DNA of 32,344 bases, from NCBI GenBank assembly GCA_041640575.1, contig JBEPZZ010000018.1:1-32344 (forward strand), written 5' to 3'. This document shows, in pieces, positions 18,368 to 26,742 of this stretch. This DNA is from Pseudothermotoga sp. (lineage in GTDB: Bacteria; Thermotogota; Thermotogae; Thermotogales; DSM-5069). The first letter of the stretch is position 1. Each line of letters starts with the position of its first letter. The notes under the pieces are model-generated. The model saw only the letters and a program-made list of their open reading frames with translations. It was not told the origin of the DNA and did not search any database. The position numbers and the translations under genes were made by a program.

Positions 18368-18985
18368 TTAATCCTGCTTTATCAGAACCGCTCTGACTGG
18401 AGCTGCCTCTGCTCCTTTTATCTTGAGAGGAACAGCAAATAGAAAGTATTCGCCTTCTTCTACATCTTTTAACCTTAAACCCTCTAGAATCACTATGCCT
18501 GATCCAAGAAGAATCTTATGGGTTTCATGGCCGGGCTGATCTCTTTCAATGCCCAAAGCATCGATACCAACTCCGATTACACCTTTTTGCCTTAAAAATT
18601 CCGCGCCACTTTTTTCAAGATACACAAAATTAAAATCAAAATCCTCCCTAAGAGAATTTCTCGTTTTAAATATTACAAAATCTCCCCTTTCGATTTTTTT
18701 ACTCTTCAAGTCTTCCTTTGTAATTTTGTCCGTTAAATGAACAAAGTCAAAGACCTTACATTTGGTTATAACCTTTGCAAGATCTATGTTTTCTACAGTA
18801 TCTCCTGTACTAAGCATGTGCAGCGGAGCGTCAATGTGTGTTCCGGTGTGCATATCCATGCATATGCGTGATTCTGTTATATATTCTTGCTGAACTGTAA
18901 TAACTTGTTTTGGTCTTTTTTCTTGTTTGTTTTTGTACACAGTCATACCTTCATGAATTTCCATGGAAATATCGTATATCTTCAC
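18368..18985 (-). CDS. Cyclase-family (KynB-like) metal-dependent hydrolase
   Basis: Signature HTGTHIDAPLH (HxGTHxDxPxH), plus GVGIDALG, HKILL, ILEGL and PLKIKGAEAAPVRAVL. GTG start after GGGAGG. Confidence 0.9.
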   Translation of the reverse strand: MKIYDISMEIHEGMTVYKNKQEKRPKQVITVQQEYITESRICMDMHTGTHIDAPLHMLSTGDTVENIDLAKVITKCKVFDFVHLTDKITKEDLKSKKIERGDFVIFKTRNSLREDFDFNFVYLEKSGAEFLRQKGVIGVGIDALGIERDQPGHETHKILLGSGIVILEGLRLKDVEEGEYFLFAVPLKIKGAEAAPVRAVLIKQD

Positions 18986-19017
18986 TCTTTGATCCTCCCG
19001 TTAAGAACTTAAGTTTA

Positions 19018-19037
19018 AGGGGGCAAGTGTGCCCCCT
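19018..19037 (-). terminator. GC-rich stem-loop 3' of dctP (mRNA stabiliser or weak terminator)
   Basis: AGGGGGCA-agtg-TGCCCCCT is a perfect 8-bp stem with only a poor U-tract. Confidence 0.6.
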
Positions 19038-19040
19038 GGA

Positions 19041-20000
19041 TTATTTCGTCTTGATTATCGCATCGATTATGTTTTTGTGTCTTTCATACTGTTTATACAA
19101 TGGTTGCACTGCATCCTGGAAGCGTTTGAATTCTTCGGGCGTCAAGTAGTACAAGTTGACTCTATTTTTGATTTTTTCAAGACTAATTTTCTCACGTTGT
19201 TCCCACAGTTTTCTTTCATACAACGAAGCCGCATGTGCAGCTGTTTTGATTATCAATTGGTCCTCTTTCGATAAAGAATTCCACACAGCTAGGTTCATGA
19301 ACAATATCTCTGGGACCATTGTATGCATATCGAAAGTATAGTGTGGTGCTACTTCAAAGTGACTAGCAGATTCGTAAGATGGGATGTTGTTTTCAGCACC
19401 ATCTATTACACCCGTTTGAAGTGCGCCGTAGACTTGGCCATATTCCATCACTATAGGTGTTCCACCAAGTAGCTTTATCATTTCAACAAAAACTGGAGCG
19501 TTTTGAACTCTTATTTTCAATCCCTTTATGTCTTCCAACTTTTGGATGGGTCTTTTTGTGGTATAAAAGCTTCTTGCTCCAGAATCGTAAAAAGTAAGAC
19601 CAATTAACCCAGCCGACTTCATCGATTCTAATAGTTGTTCTCCTATCGGGCCGTCTAGAACTTTCCAGTAGTGTTCTTTGTCTCTAAACAAAAAAGGAAG
19701 TGACAGCACACTCAGTACGTCTACAAAAGAAGAAAGTGGTGCAGCGTTAGTTCTGTTGAGTTGAATGATCCCAGCCATTGTTTGTTGAATAGTTTCTGTT
19801 TCGCCTCCAAGCTGACCTCCGTATAGAACTTGGATGTTGATTCTTCCATTAGTCATTTTACGAACAGTTTCAGCAAAGAAGATGTTGGCCTGAGTTGTAG
19901 GATAATCGAGTGGGTGAACCTCTGCCATTCTCCAAGTCACGCTGCTGGAAAAAGTCAAGATAGTGACTAAGACAATCAGCAGCACCAATATCTTCCTCAC
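19041..20000 (-). CDS. dctP: TRAP transporter substrate-binding protein DctP
   Basis: Signal peptide, GQLGGE, LPFLFRD, GARSFY, DIKGLKIRVQ (conserved Arg) and YGALQTGVIDGAENN. Start refined to GTG 20000 after GGGGAGGTG (ORF track 20066). Confidence 0.93.
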   Translation of the reverse strand: MRKILVLLIVLVTILTFSSSVTWRMAEVHPLDYPTTQANIFFAETVRKMTNGRINIQVLYGGQLGGETETIQQTMAGIIQLNRTNAAPLSSFVDVLSVLSLPFLFRDKEHYWKVLDGPIGEQLLESMKSAGLIGLTFYDSGARSFYTTKRPIQKLEDIKGLKIRVQNAPVFVEMIKLLGGTPIVMEYGQVYGALQTGVIDGAENNIPSYESASHFEVAPHYTFDMHTMVPEILFMNLAVWNSLSKEDQLIIKTAAHAASLYERKLWEQREKISLEKIKNRVNLYYLTPEEFKRFQDAVQPLYKQYERHKNIIDAIIKTK

Positions 20001-20067
20001 AAATAACACCTCCCCGAAATTAAAGATAGGAAACAATATCCTTAGTTTTTCCCCATTGTTATTCATT

Positions 20068-20097
20068 ATTATAAATAAACATATTCTGCACTGTCAA
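20068..20097 (-). promoter_or_regulatory. Consensus sigma70 promoter of dctP
   Basis: On the - strand: TTGACA-18 bp-TATAAT, with both hexamers perfect. Confidence 0.75.
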
Positions 20098-20189
20098 ATT
20101 TTTTTCGACAGATTAATTTCTGAATTTCGATTTCTCGCAAAGAGTTCAAGTGGTTGCGCATCTTTAATCATCGTTTTTTGTTTAATGCT

Positions 20190-21035
20190 TTAAGTTTTTG
20201 CCTTATTGTTGCGACTCACACTACCACCTATCATAGAGAAAATCAATATTGCCATTCCTATTAGTTGGGATAGAGAAAATCTTTCTGACAGAATGGCTGC
20301 TGAAAAAATGGCTGCAAAAACAGGTTCGCCAACATAAATGAGCGCTGCCGTGTTTGATCCTACTTCTTTTTGATACTTTAATTGCACCCAGACGGCAAAA
20401 ATTGTGGCTGTAATGGCTGTAAAAATTAGAACGAAAACAAAACTAGCGGTAATACCTAACACTTTTCCACCAAGTGGTACAAGCAGAAAATTCAAAATCG
20501 ATGTCAACAGGAGTTGTGGGATAAGAAGAGAAAGCTCATCGTTGTTAGTTTTAGTGAAATGAGTTATCAAAACAACATGGATAGCGAAGCAGATAGCGCA
20601 AATCAGTGTCAGAAAATCACCAAAGTTGAATGGATCGCGAGAAGGATCATTCAAAAGGTACAAACCAAGTATGGAACTTGCGAAGGCTGCAAGCTGCAGA
20701 ATAGTTGGTCTAGATTTCTCAATGAAGTAAGAGAATAAAGGAACAAGCGGTATATAGAGAGAAGTTATGAAGCCACTTTTGGTCGAAGAGGTAATCTTCA
20801 AACCACTTGTTTGTGTTGCATATGCTATTGCCAAAAAGAATCCCAAGATAAGTCCATGCTTCCACGTTGACTTATTTCGAAAGATGACAATAGAAAGAAT
20901 TGTTGCAGCTGCAAACCTGCAGGCATTGTAAAAAAAAGGATTTGCATTTCCTATAACAATTTTTTGTATGGGAAAAGTCAAACCCCAAACAACCGTGACA
21001 GTTAGTATCAGCAAAACAGCTCTAACTTTTTTCAT
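20190..21035 (-). CDS. DMT/EamA family transporter
   Basis: About 10 TM segments; motifs VVWGLTF, KSGFITSLYIPLVP, GDFLTLICA and ALIYVGEPVFAAIF. Confidence 0.9.
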   Translation of the reverse strand: MKKVRAVLLILTVTVVWGLTFPIQKIVIGNANPFFYNACRFAAATILSIVIFRNKSTWKHGLILGFFLAIAYATQTSGLKITSSTKSGFITSLYIPLVPLFSYFIEKSRPTILQLAAFASSILGLYLLNDPSRDPFNFGDFLTLICAICFAIHVVLITHFTKTNNDELSLLIPQLLLTSILNFLLVPLGGKVLGITASFVFVLIFTAITATIFAVWVQLKYQKEVGSNTAALIYVGEPVFAAIFSAAILSERFSLSQLIGMAILIFSMIGGSVSRNNKAKT

Positions 21036-21952
21036 ATACTCATCATTGCACTATTTCTTGGGATTATTCTGGTTTTCAAAAGAACCTTGTTTTCAACCTG
21101 ATCTTCGGTGAGTAGTTTCTGTATAATTTCGGCGCAGAACTTACCATCTTCCTTTGTCATATATTCCACAGTGGTGATGGAAGGGCTAACAAACTGTGAA
21201 AATTCAAAATTTCCATACCCAACCACCGATATTTGATTTGGAACGTTCAAACCTTCTTCAGTGAGAATGGAAATCGTTTCAAGTGCAATTCGATCGTTGG
21301 AACAAAGCACAACTTCAGGCAAAAAAGAAAGATTCATTATACCTTTTTCACCATCTACTTTGAGAAATTCATACTTTTCTATTCCGTGTTTGAACATTAC
21401 TTTAATGAAAGTTGTGTACATTCTGTAAGCTCTGTAATTCGACAATTCTTCACTTAAAAGCGCAAACGATCTTTTGCCGACCGAAATGAATTGCTCCAAA
21501 AGCTTTTTCACAGTGTTATCATGGTCAAAGAAGATGCTATGCCCGTCTGTCTCACAACCAATTTGAAGGGATATTCTGTTGTCTCTTACCAAATGTTCAG
21601 AGAGCAATACAATGAAATCAGCATAGGTGTTCTCGAGGCTTGTAGATAAATTGACATGAACACCGAATTCATCAAGTTTCTCCACGATAGCGGTGAGCAG
21701 CCTCAAGATAGGTTCTGTCCATTGTCCAACGACTATAGATATTTGTTGAAGTTTTTTTCTGAATGACTGCGCCACCTTGCTTGGTTGGAAGTTGAGCTGC
21801 TTGACAGCTTCTAGAACCTTCTCTTTTAGATAGGAATTGACGGTATCTTTGCCATTTAAAACCCTAGAGACAGTTGAGATGGAAACTCCAGCAAGTTCAG
21901 CAACATCGCGTATTGTTGGTTTTCCCCTCAAAAGTTCAACCCCCCACGGCAT
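21032..21952 (-). CDS. LacI family transcriptional regulator
   Basis: HTH TIRDVAELAGVSISTVSRVLN and C-terminal CSNDRIA, VPNQISVVGY, PSITTV. The true start is probably a downstream TTG. Confidence 0.88.
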   Translation of the reverse strand: MPWGVELLRGKPTIRDVAELAGVSISTVSRVLNGKDTVNSYLKEKVLEAVKQLNFQPSKVAQSFRKKLQQISIVVGQWTEPILRLLTAIVEKLDEFGVHVNLSTSLENTYADFIVLLSEHLVRDNRISLQIGCETDGHSIFFDHDNTVKKLLEQFISVGKRSFALLSEELSNYRAYRMYTTFIKVMFKHGIEKYEFLKVDGEKGIMNLSFLPEVVLCSNDRIALETISILTEEGLNVPNQISVVGYGNFEFSQFVSPSITTVEYMTKEDGKFCAEIIQKLLTEDQVENKVLLKTRIIPRNSAMMSI

Positions 21953-21969
21953 CTTTTCGTTTTGATAAT

Positions 21970-22659
21970 TTAGTCTCTTCTTCCAAATAATCCAGCCAGA
22001 AATAACATTCTGAGTAATTGAAGTGCAGCCATTGCTGTAGCAGCAACATAGGTAAGTGCTGCTGCCCCAAGAACTTTCTTAACTCCTACAAGTTCCTCTT
22101 CAGACATCATAATGTTTTCGCGCAGAATCTTGATGGCTTTCCTGCTGGCGTCATATTCCACTGGTAGCGTCACCAAGCTGAAGAAAACAGCCAATGAAAA
22201 TAAAAGTATTCCGAGTTGCCAAAGTGCTGGTAAAGCAAAGATTATGCCTATCAAGAACAAAATCCACGCAAGAGATGAACCAATACTTGCCACTGGCGCA
22301 AGAATCGTCCTGAATACTAATAACGGATGTCTTTGAGCATGCTGAATAGCATGTCCAATTTCGTGAGCGACTACTCCTAACGCTGCAACAGAACCACTAG
22401 AATAGGTTGATGCAGAAAGTCTTACGACTTTGCTTCTCGGATCATAATGATCAGTGAGATGACCGGGCATTGGTTCGACCCTAACATCGTAAATGCCAGC
22501 GTAATCGAGCAGTCTCATTGCTAGTTGGCTACCGGTGAAACCAGTGCTAGACCTGAATTTCGAATATTGTGAAAAGGTCATGCTCACTTTAATCTGAGCC
22601 CAAAAAGCGAGTAGCAAAGCTGGCAACAGTAAAATGAACGTTGGATCGTAAAAGAACAT
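21970..22659 (-). CDS. Membrane zinc metallopeptidase (YugP-like)
   Basis: Motifs GHLTDHYDP, AHEIGHAIQ (HExxH), TLPVEYDASRKA and AAALTYVA. Confidence 0.9.
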   Translation of the reverse strand: MFFYDPTFILLLPALLLAFWAQIKVSMTFSQYSKFRSSTGFTGSQLAMRLLDYAGIYDVRVEPMPGHLTDHYDPRSKVVRLSASTYSSGSVAALGVVAHEIGHAIQHAQRHPLLVFRTILAPVASIGSSLAWILFLIGIIFALPALWQLGILLFSLAVFFSLVTLPVEYDASRKAIKILRENIMMSEEELVGVKKVLGAAALTYVAATAMAALQLLRMLFLAGLFGRRD

Positions 22660-22702
22660 CTAACCACCTCCTTTTTTAGGACGTTGAAATAAGTTGCAAT
22701 GT

Positions 22703-23941
22703 TCAGATTGTATGAATGAATAAACCACTTTTTAACTTCGGCTCAAACCATGTAGATTTTGGTGGCATTATTTTTCCAAAATCCGAGACCTTTATGAGTT
22801 CCTCAATAGATGTTGGATACATCGCAAAAGCAACAGCCCATCCGTTCTTGTCTACATAATCTTCAAGAGCCTTTAAACCATGTACTCCACCTATGAAGTC
22901 AATTCTTTTGTCTGTCCTAGGATCCTTTATTCCCAGTATTGGTGAAAGCACATGCTCTTGAAGCAAACTTACATCGAGGCTTTTGATTGGATCTAAGGTA
23001 TCTATGACTTCCTCTTTGATCCGAAGAACATACCACTTATTTTGGAAATACATTCCAAACTCATGGCGTTTAGTAGGTTTGTAAGGCTTTTGTTGAGCTT
23101 CTTTAATTTCAAATTTTTCTTGCAAAGCCTTTATGAAACTCTCTGCATTCAAACCGTTCAGATCTTTGACAACTCTATTGTAATCGTAAATTCTAAGATG
23201 TGTGTGTGGGAAAAGAACTGCAAGGAAATAATTAAACTCTTCTTCGCCTGAGTAATTACCTTGTTTCTCACGTAAAGTAAGTGCAGATCTTACAGCCGCA
23301 GCCGCCCTATGATGTCCATCAGCTATGTAAAAACTTTCAACAGCTTCGAAGGATTTTTTAATTGCTTCAATCTTCGATTTGTTTCTAACAACGTATATCA
23401 TCTGTCTAATTCCATCTTCGTCATAAAAATCATACTCTGGTTCCTTGGTAGTTTCCTCTGTTATCATTCCATCTATTTCCTCGGCGGATTTGTAGAACAG
23501 AAAAACTGGGCCAGTTTGCGCTCTAAGATGAAGTATGTGTTTTACTCTTTCATCTTCCTTATCCTTCCTTGTTAGTTCATGCTTTTTTATTTTGTTGGAA
23601 AGATATTCATCAACTGAAAAAGTTGCGACAAGACCTATTTGAGTGTGATCTGGTGACACTTGTTTGTAAACATAGAAAAGTGGTTCTTCATCTTTGATGA
23701 ATATTCCTTCTCCAATCATTCTTTCAAGGTTTGCTTTTGCTGCTTGCAAGGCTCTTTCATCACTAGACTCAATTGGTTCATCGAAGTTTACCTCAGGTTT
23801 GTTGATTTGATAAAAAGAATAAGGATTAATTTTGAAGATCTTTCTTGCCTCATCTGAATCGATTACATCGTATGGTTTTGCAGCAACTCTAGCTGCAAAT
23901 TCCCTCTTTGGTCTAACTGCCTTGAATGGGCGAACGATCAT
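22703..23941 (-). CDS. DUF1015 family protein
   Basis: Motifs PYDVI, IKKHELTR, YIADGHHR, YNRVVKDL and MPPKSTWFEPKL. Confidence 0.88.
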   Translation of the reverse strand: MIVRPFKAVRPKREFAARVAAKPYDVIDSDEARKIFKINPYSFYQINKPEVNFDEPIESSDERALQAAKANLERMIGEGIFIKDEEPLFYVYKQVSPDHTQIGLVATFSVDEYLSNKIKKHELTRKDKEDERVKHILHLRAQTGPVFLFYKSAEEIDGMITEETTKEPEYDFYDEDGIRQMIYVVRNKSKIEAIKKSFEAVESFYIADGHHRAAAAVRSALTLREKQGNYSGEEEFNYFLAVLFPHTHLRIYDYNRVVKDLNGLNAESFIKALQEKFEIKEAQQKPYKPTKRHEFGMYFQNKWYVLRIKEEVIDTLDPIKSLDVSLLQEHVLSPILGIKDPRTDKRIDFIGGVHGLKALEDYVDKNGWAVAFAMYPTSIEELIKVSDFGKIMPPKSTWFEPKLKSGLFIHTI

Positions 23942-24353
23942 CCAGTTCTACCTCCTTCAAGTAATGCTCTTGTTTTTCGAACATTTCCTTTGATTTTACA
24001 TCCTTCATTTCATGCTCGTAACCGGCAATATGTAGGCAGGAGTGTATCAAAACTCTAAAAAGTTCGCGCTCAAACGGTTGTTTATACTTTAAAGAATTTT
24101 TCTTGACTGCGTATGGGCATACGAAAACTTCAGCATAAAGATCTTCATCTTTGTAGACAAAACTCAGCACATCTGTTGACGAGTCAACAAATCTATAGTT
24201 TTTATTTAAAGTTCTCATACGTTTCTCGCCAATGAATATTACGTTCACCTTTACGTCCCCAATTTCCCTACTGAGTATTTTCTGAATCATTTTTTGTATT
24301 TTGCGAATTCCCAATCTTGTTCGCGTTTTGTTTATTACTCGAACCGTTGGCAA
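23913..24353 (-). CDS. ybeY: rRNA maturation endoribonuclease YbeY
   Basis: Motifs LNKNYR, STDVLSF and HSCLHIAGYEH (H3xH5xH). TTG start after AAGGTGA. Confidence 0.92.
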   Translation of the reverse strand: MPTVRVINKTRTRLGIRKIQKMIQKILSREIGDVKVNVIFIGEKRMRTLNKNYRFVDSSTDVLSFVYKDEDLYAEVFVCPYAVKKNSLKYKQPFERELFRVLIHSCLHIAGYEHEMKDVKSKEMFEKQEHYLKEVELDDRSPIQGS

Positions 24354-25704
24354 GTGAGATCACCTTCTTGATTTCTTCCTTTGGATACTCTACTCGCATT
24401 CTAAATATATTCACAAGGATTTTGGTGAATTCCTCACCGATAGCTTCGAGATCTTTAAGTGTCAATCCAGATTCATCCAGCTCTCGTTCGTTATATATGC
24501 CAGAAATGATTTCTTCCACTAGAACCTGAATTCTTCCAGCAGTTGGGTTTTTCATGCTTCGCGCAGCAGCTTCTACAGCATCTGCAAGCATAATTATACC
24601 AGCTTCCTTGAATTGGGGTTTTGGACCAGGGTAGCGAAACTCGTTTTCGCTGATCTCCTCACCCATATTCTTAGCTTTGTGGTAGAAAAATCTTTGAACC
24701 CTTGTACCATGATGCTGCGGTATTACGTCCTGGACCAAGATAGGTAAACGATATTTCTTGGCTATCTCCAATCCAGATTTCACATGATCTTGAATTATCA
24801 AATGACTTAACTTTGGGCTTAATTCATCATGTGGATTCGCCTCAAAAATGTTTTCTGTATAAAAATATGGCCTTTTTATTTTACCAATGTCGTGAAAATA
24901 AGCAGCAGTTCTAGCCAAGATTGCGTTTGCTCCAATTCTTTCCGCTGCAGCCTCTGCAAGGTTTGCAACAACCGTTGAATGGTAATAAGTTCCGGGGGCT
25001 CTCAGCGAAAGATTTTTTAAAAGCTGGTTGTTCAGATTCCCAAATTCCATCATACCAACATTGGAATAAATCAAACTTGCGTACTCTATGTATGGCAAAA
25101 TCCCAAGCGTTATGACCGAAAAAGCAACAGGTGACGCTAATATCACCAAAATTTCTTTCCATTCAAAGTACTTGAATCCGGTGTAAGATACAATGATGAA
25201 GTAACCAAAGGAAACAAGAGCGGAATACAAAGCCGTTCTTGCTAATTCCAAACGTTTTCTTGTGTTGCCAGAGGTCACCGCCACTACAATAGCACTCAGG
25301 AAAACCGCTGGGAAGTTTTGAGGTTCGCGCAAAAGTATATAATTTATAGAGAAAAACATTGAAAGTCCTACAGCTAGATCTTTGCTGATCAACAATGAAA
25401 TGAGAGCAACTGGAATGAAAAACAAGGATGCGTAGCTTCCAAGTTCTATTTCGACAAATCTTGCCAGTAATGTTCCCAAAAGCACAACACTCAACAGGAG
25501 AAAAGAATAAGATTTATGCAAAGAATAAGGTTTCACGTCGATTTTTTGCTTGACAAACAAAATCCAAACAGCTGCAGCTGTGAAGTATGTGCCGAAAAGT
25601 GAGATCGAAACAGAAAAGTTTGGGATCTTAAGAAGCAAAATTGCGAAAAAAACGACGACGAGATCTAACCAATTTCTTTTGATAAAATCACGGATTTTTC
25701 TCAT
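24268..25704 (-). CDS. Membrane-bound HD-family phosphohydrolase (7TM-HD, PgpH-like)
   Basis: TM region followed by APGTYYHS, YFHDIGK, QHHGT, FRYPGPKPQFKEAGIIMLAD; sits in the phoH-HD-ybeY synteny. Confidence 0.88.
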   Translation of the reverse strand: MRKIRDFIKRNWLDLVVVFFAILLLKIPNFSVSISLFGTYFTAAAVWILFVKQKIDVKPYSLHKSYSFLLLSVVLLGTLLARFVEIELGSYASLFFIPVALISLLISKDLAVGLSMFFSINYILLREPQNFPAVFLSAIVVAVTSGNTRKRLELARTALYSALVSFGYFIIVSYTGFKYFEWKEILVILASPVAFSVITLGILPYIEYASLIYSNVGMMEFGNLNNQLLKNLSLRAPGTYYHSTVVANLAEAAAERIGANAILARTAAYFHDIGKIKRPYFYTENIFEANPHDELSPKLSHLIIQDHVKSGLEIAKKYRLPILVQDVIPQHHGTRVQRFFYHKAKNMGEEISENEFRYPGPKPQFKEAGIIMLADAVEAAARSMKNPTAGRIQVLVEEIISGIYNERELDESGLTLKDLEAIGEEFTKILVNIFRMRVEYPKEEIKKVISLANGSSNKQNANKIGNSQNTKNDSENTQ

Positions 25705-26647
25705 ATTTTTTCCTTTCGTATTCTTCGTAAGCTTTAATTATATCCTTTACAACAGGATGTCTCACCACGTCCAATTCGGTTAAATAAACGAATTTTATAC
25801 CGTTGATTTCCTTGAGGATTTTCTCACATTCAAGAAGTCCCGATTGGTTCCTGTCTATATCAAGCTGGGTTACGTCACCTGTTATAACAGCCTTAGAATT
25901 GAAGCCAATTCGGGTCAAAAACATTTTCATTTGTTGGTGAGTAGCATTTTGCGCCTCATCCAGTATTATGAAGCAGTTGTTCAAAGTTCTTCCTCTCATG
26001 AACGCAAGAGGAGCAATTTCGATTATACCTTTCTGCCTATAGCTGTAAAATTTCTCGGCGGGCATCATATCAAGTATTGCGTCGTATATCGGTTTTAAGT
26101 ATGGGTCAACCTTCTCAACTAAATCTCCTGGGAGGAAACCAAGCTTTTCTCCTGCTTCAACGGCTGGTCTCGTCAGTACAATCCTTTGAACTATGCCGGT
26201 TCTTAGATAATCAATAGCCATTGCGACTGCAAGGTAAGTTTTACCAGTTCCAGCGGGTCCAATCGCGAATATTACGTCGTAATTTTTTATTGCTTCGATA
26301 TATTCTACTTGCCCGGGTGTTTTTGGTCTTATCCTTCCTGCTACCAACATCTTGCCGTTCGAAGTCTGTGTCTGTCGATTGTCAAGTCCACTACAAAAAT
26401 CTACTAAGGCTTCGAATTCGGTCCAGTCCATTGTGTACCCTTTCCTTGCTGTCGCTATGAGTTGGGACATTATAGTTTCCACAATCGAAACGGCAGATTC
26501 ATCGTTACCAAATACTGTAATTCTATTACTCGAAATTTCAATGTTTACTGAAAATCTCTTCCTGAGAAACCTAATTTTGTTATCATACTGGCCAAGTACA
26601 GCAACCATGTCAACATTTTCAGGAACTTCAAGTGTTTTAAGTGCCAG
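25688..26647 (-). CDS. phoH: PhoH family ATPase
   Basis: Motifs GPAGTGKTYLA, RPAVEAGEKLGFLPG, FMRGRT, DEAQN and VVRHPVV. Start uncertain: ORF track ATG 26701, but SD spacing favours CTG 26647. Confidence 0.93.
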   Translation of the reverse strand: MALKTLEVPENVDMVAVLGQYDNKIRFLRKRFSVNIEISSNRITVFGNDESAVSIVETIMSQLIATARKGYTMDWTEFEALVDFCSGLDNRQTQTSNGKMLVAGRIRPKTPGQVEYIEAIKNYDVIFAIGPAGTGKTYLAVAMAIDYLRTGIVQRIVLTRPAVEAGEKLGFLPGDLVEKVDPYLKPIYDAILDMMPAEKFYSYRQKGIIEIAPLAFMRGRTLNNCFIILDEAQNATHQQMKMFLTRIGFNSKAVITGDVTQLDIDRNQSGLLECEKILKEINGIKFVYLTELDVVRHPVVKDIIKAYEEYERKKYEKNP

Positions 26648-26742
26648 TTTATACTCACCTCCTGGTTCAATTATACCCCACCGAACGCTGCTGTAACTCA
26701 TACAAACTAAGATTGATGGATTATACTATTCTTGGTGATGAC

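Noticed and set aside
18190..18396. 68-aa ORF between zwf and the cyclase gene, or a gnd remnant in this spacer
   Set aside because: It has no SD, lies opposite the operon strand and shows no recognisable gnd motif on inspection.
18368..18985. Calling the cyclase gene kynB
   Set aside because: Only the family motif is present and no kynA/kynU context exists, so no symbol was assigned.
26641..26742. Head-to-head coding overlap of phoH and glgX as given by the ORF track
   Set aside because: This is an artefact of longest-ORF starts. The SD-supported starts (26647 and 26743) leave a 95-bp divergent promoter region.
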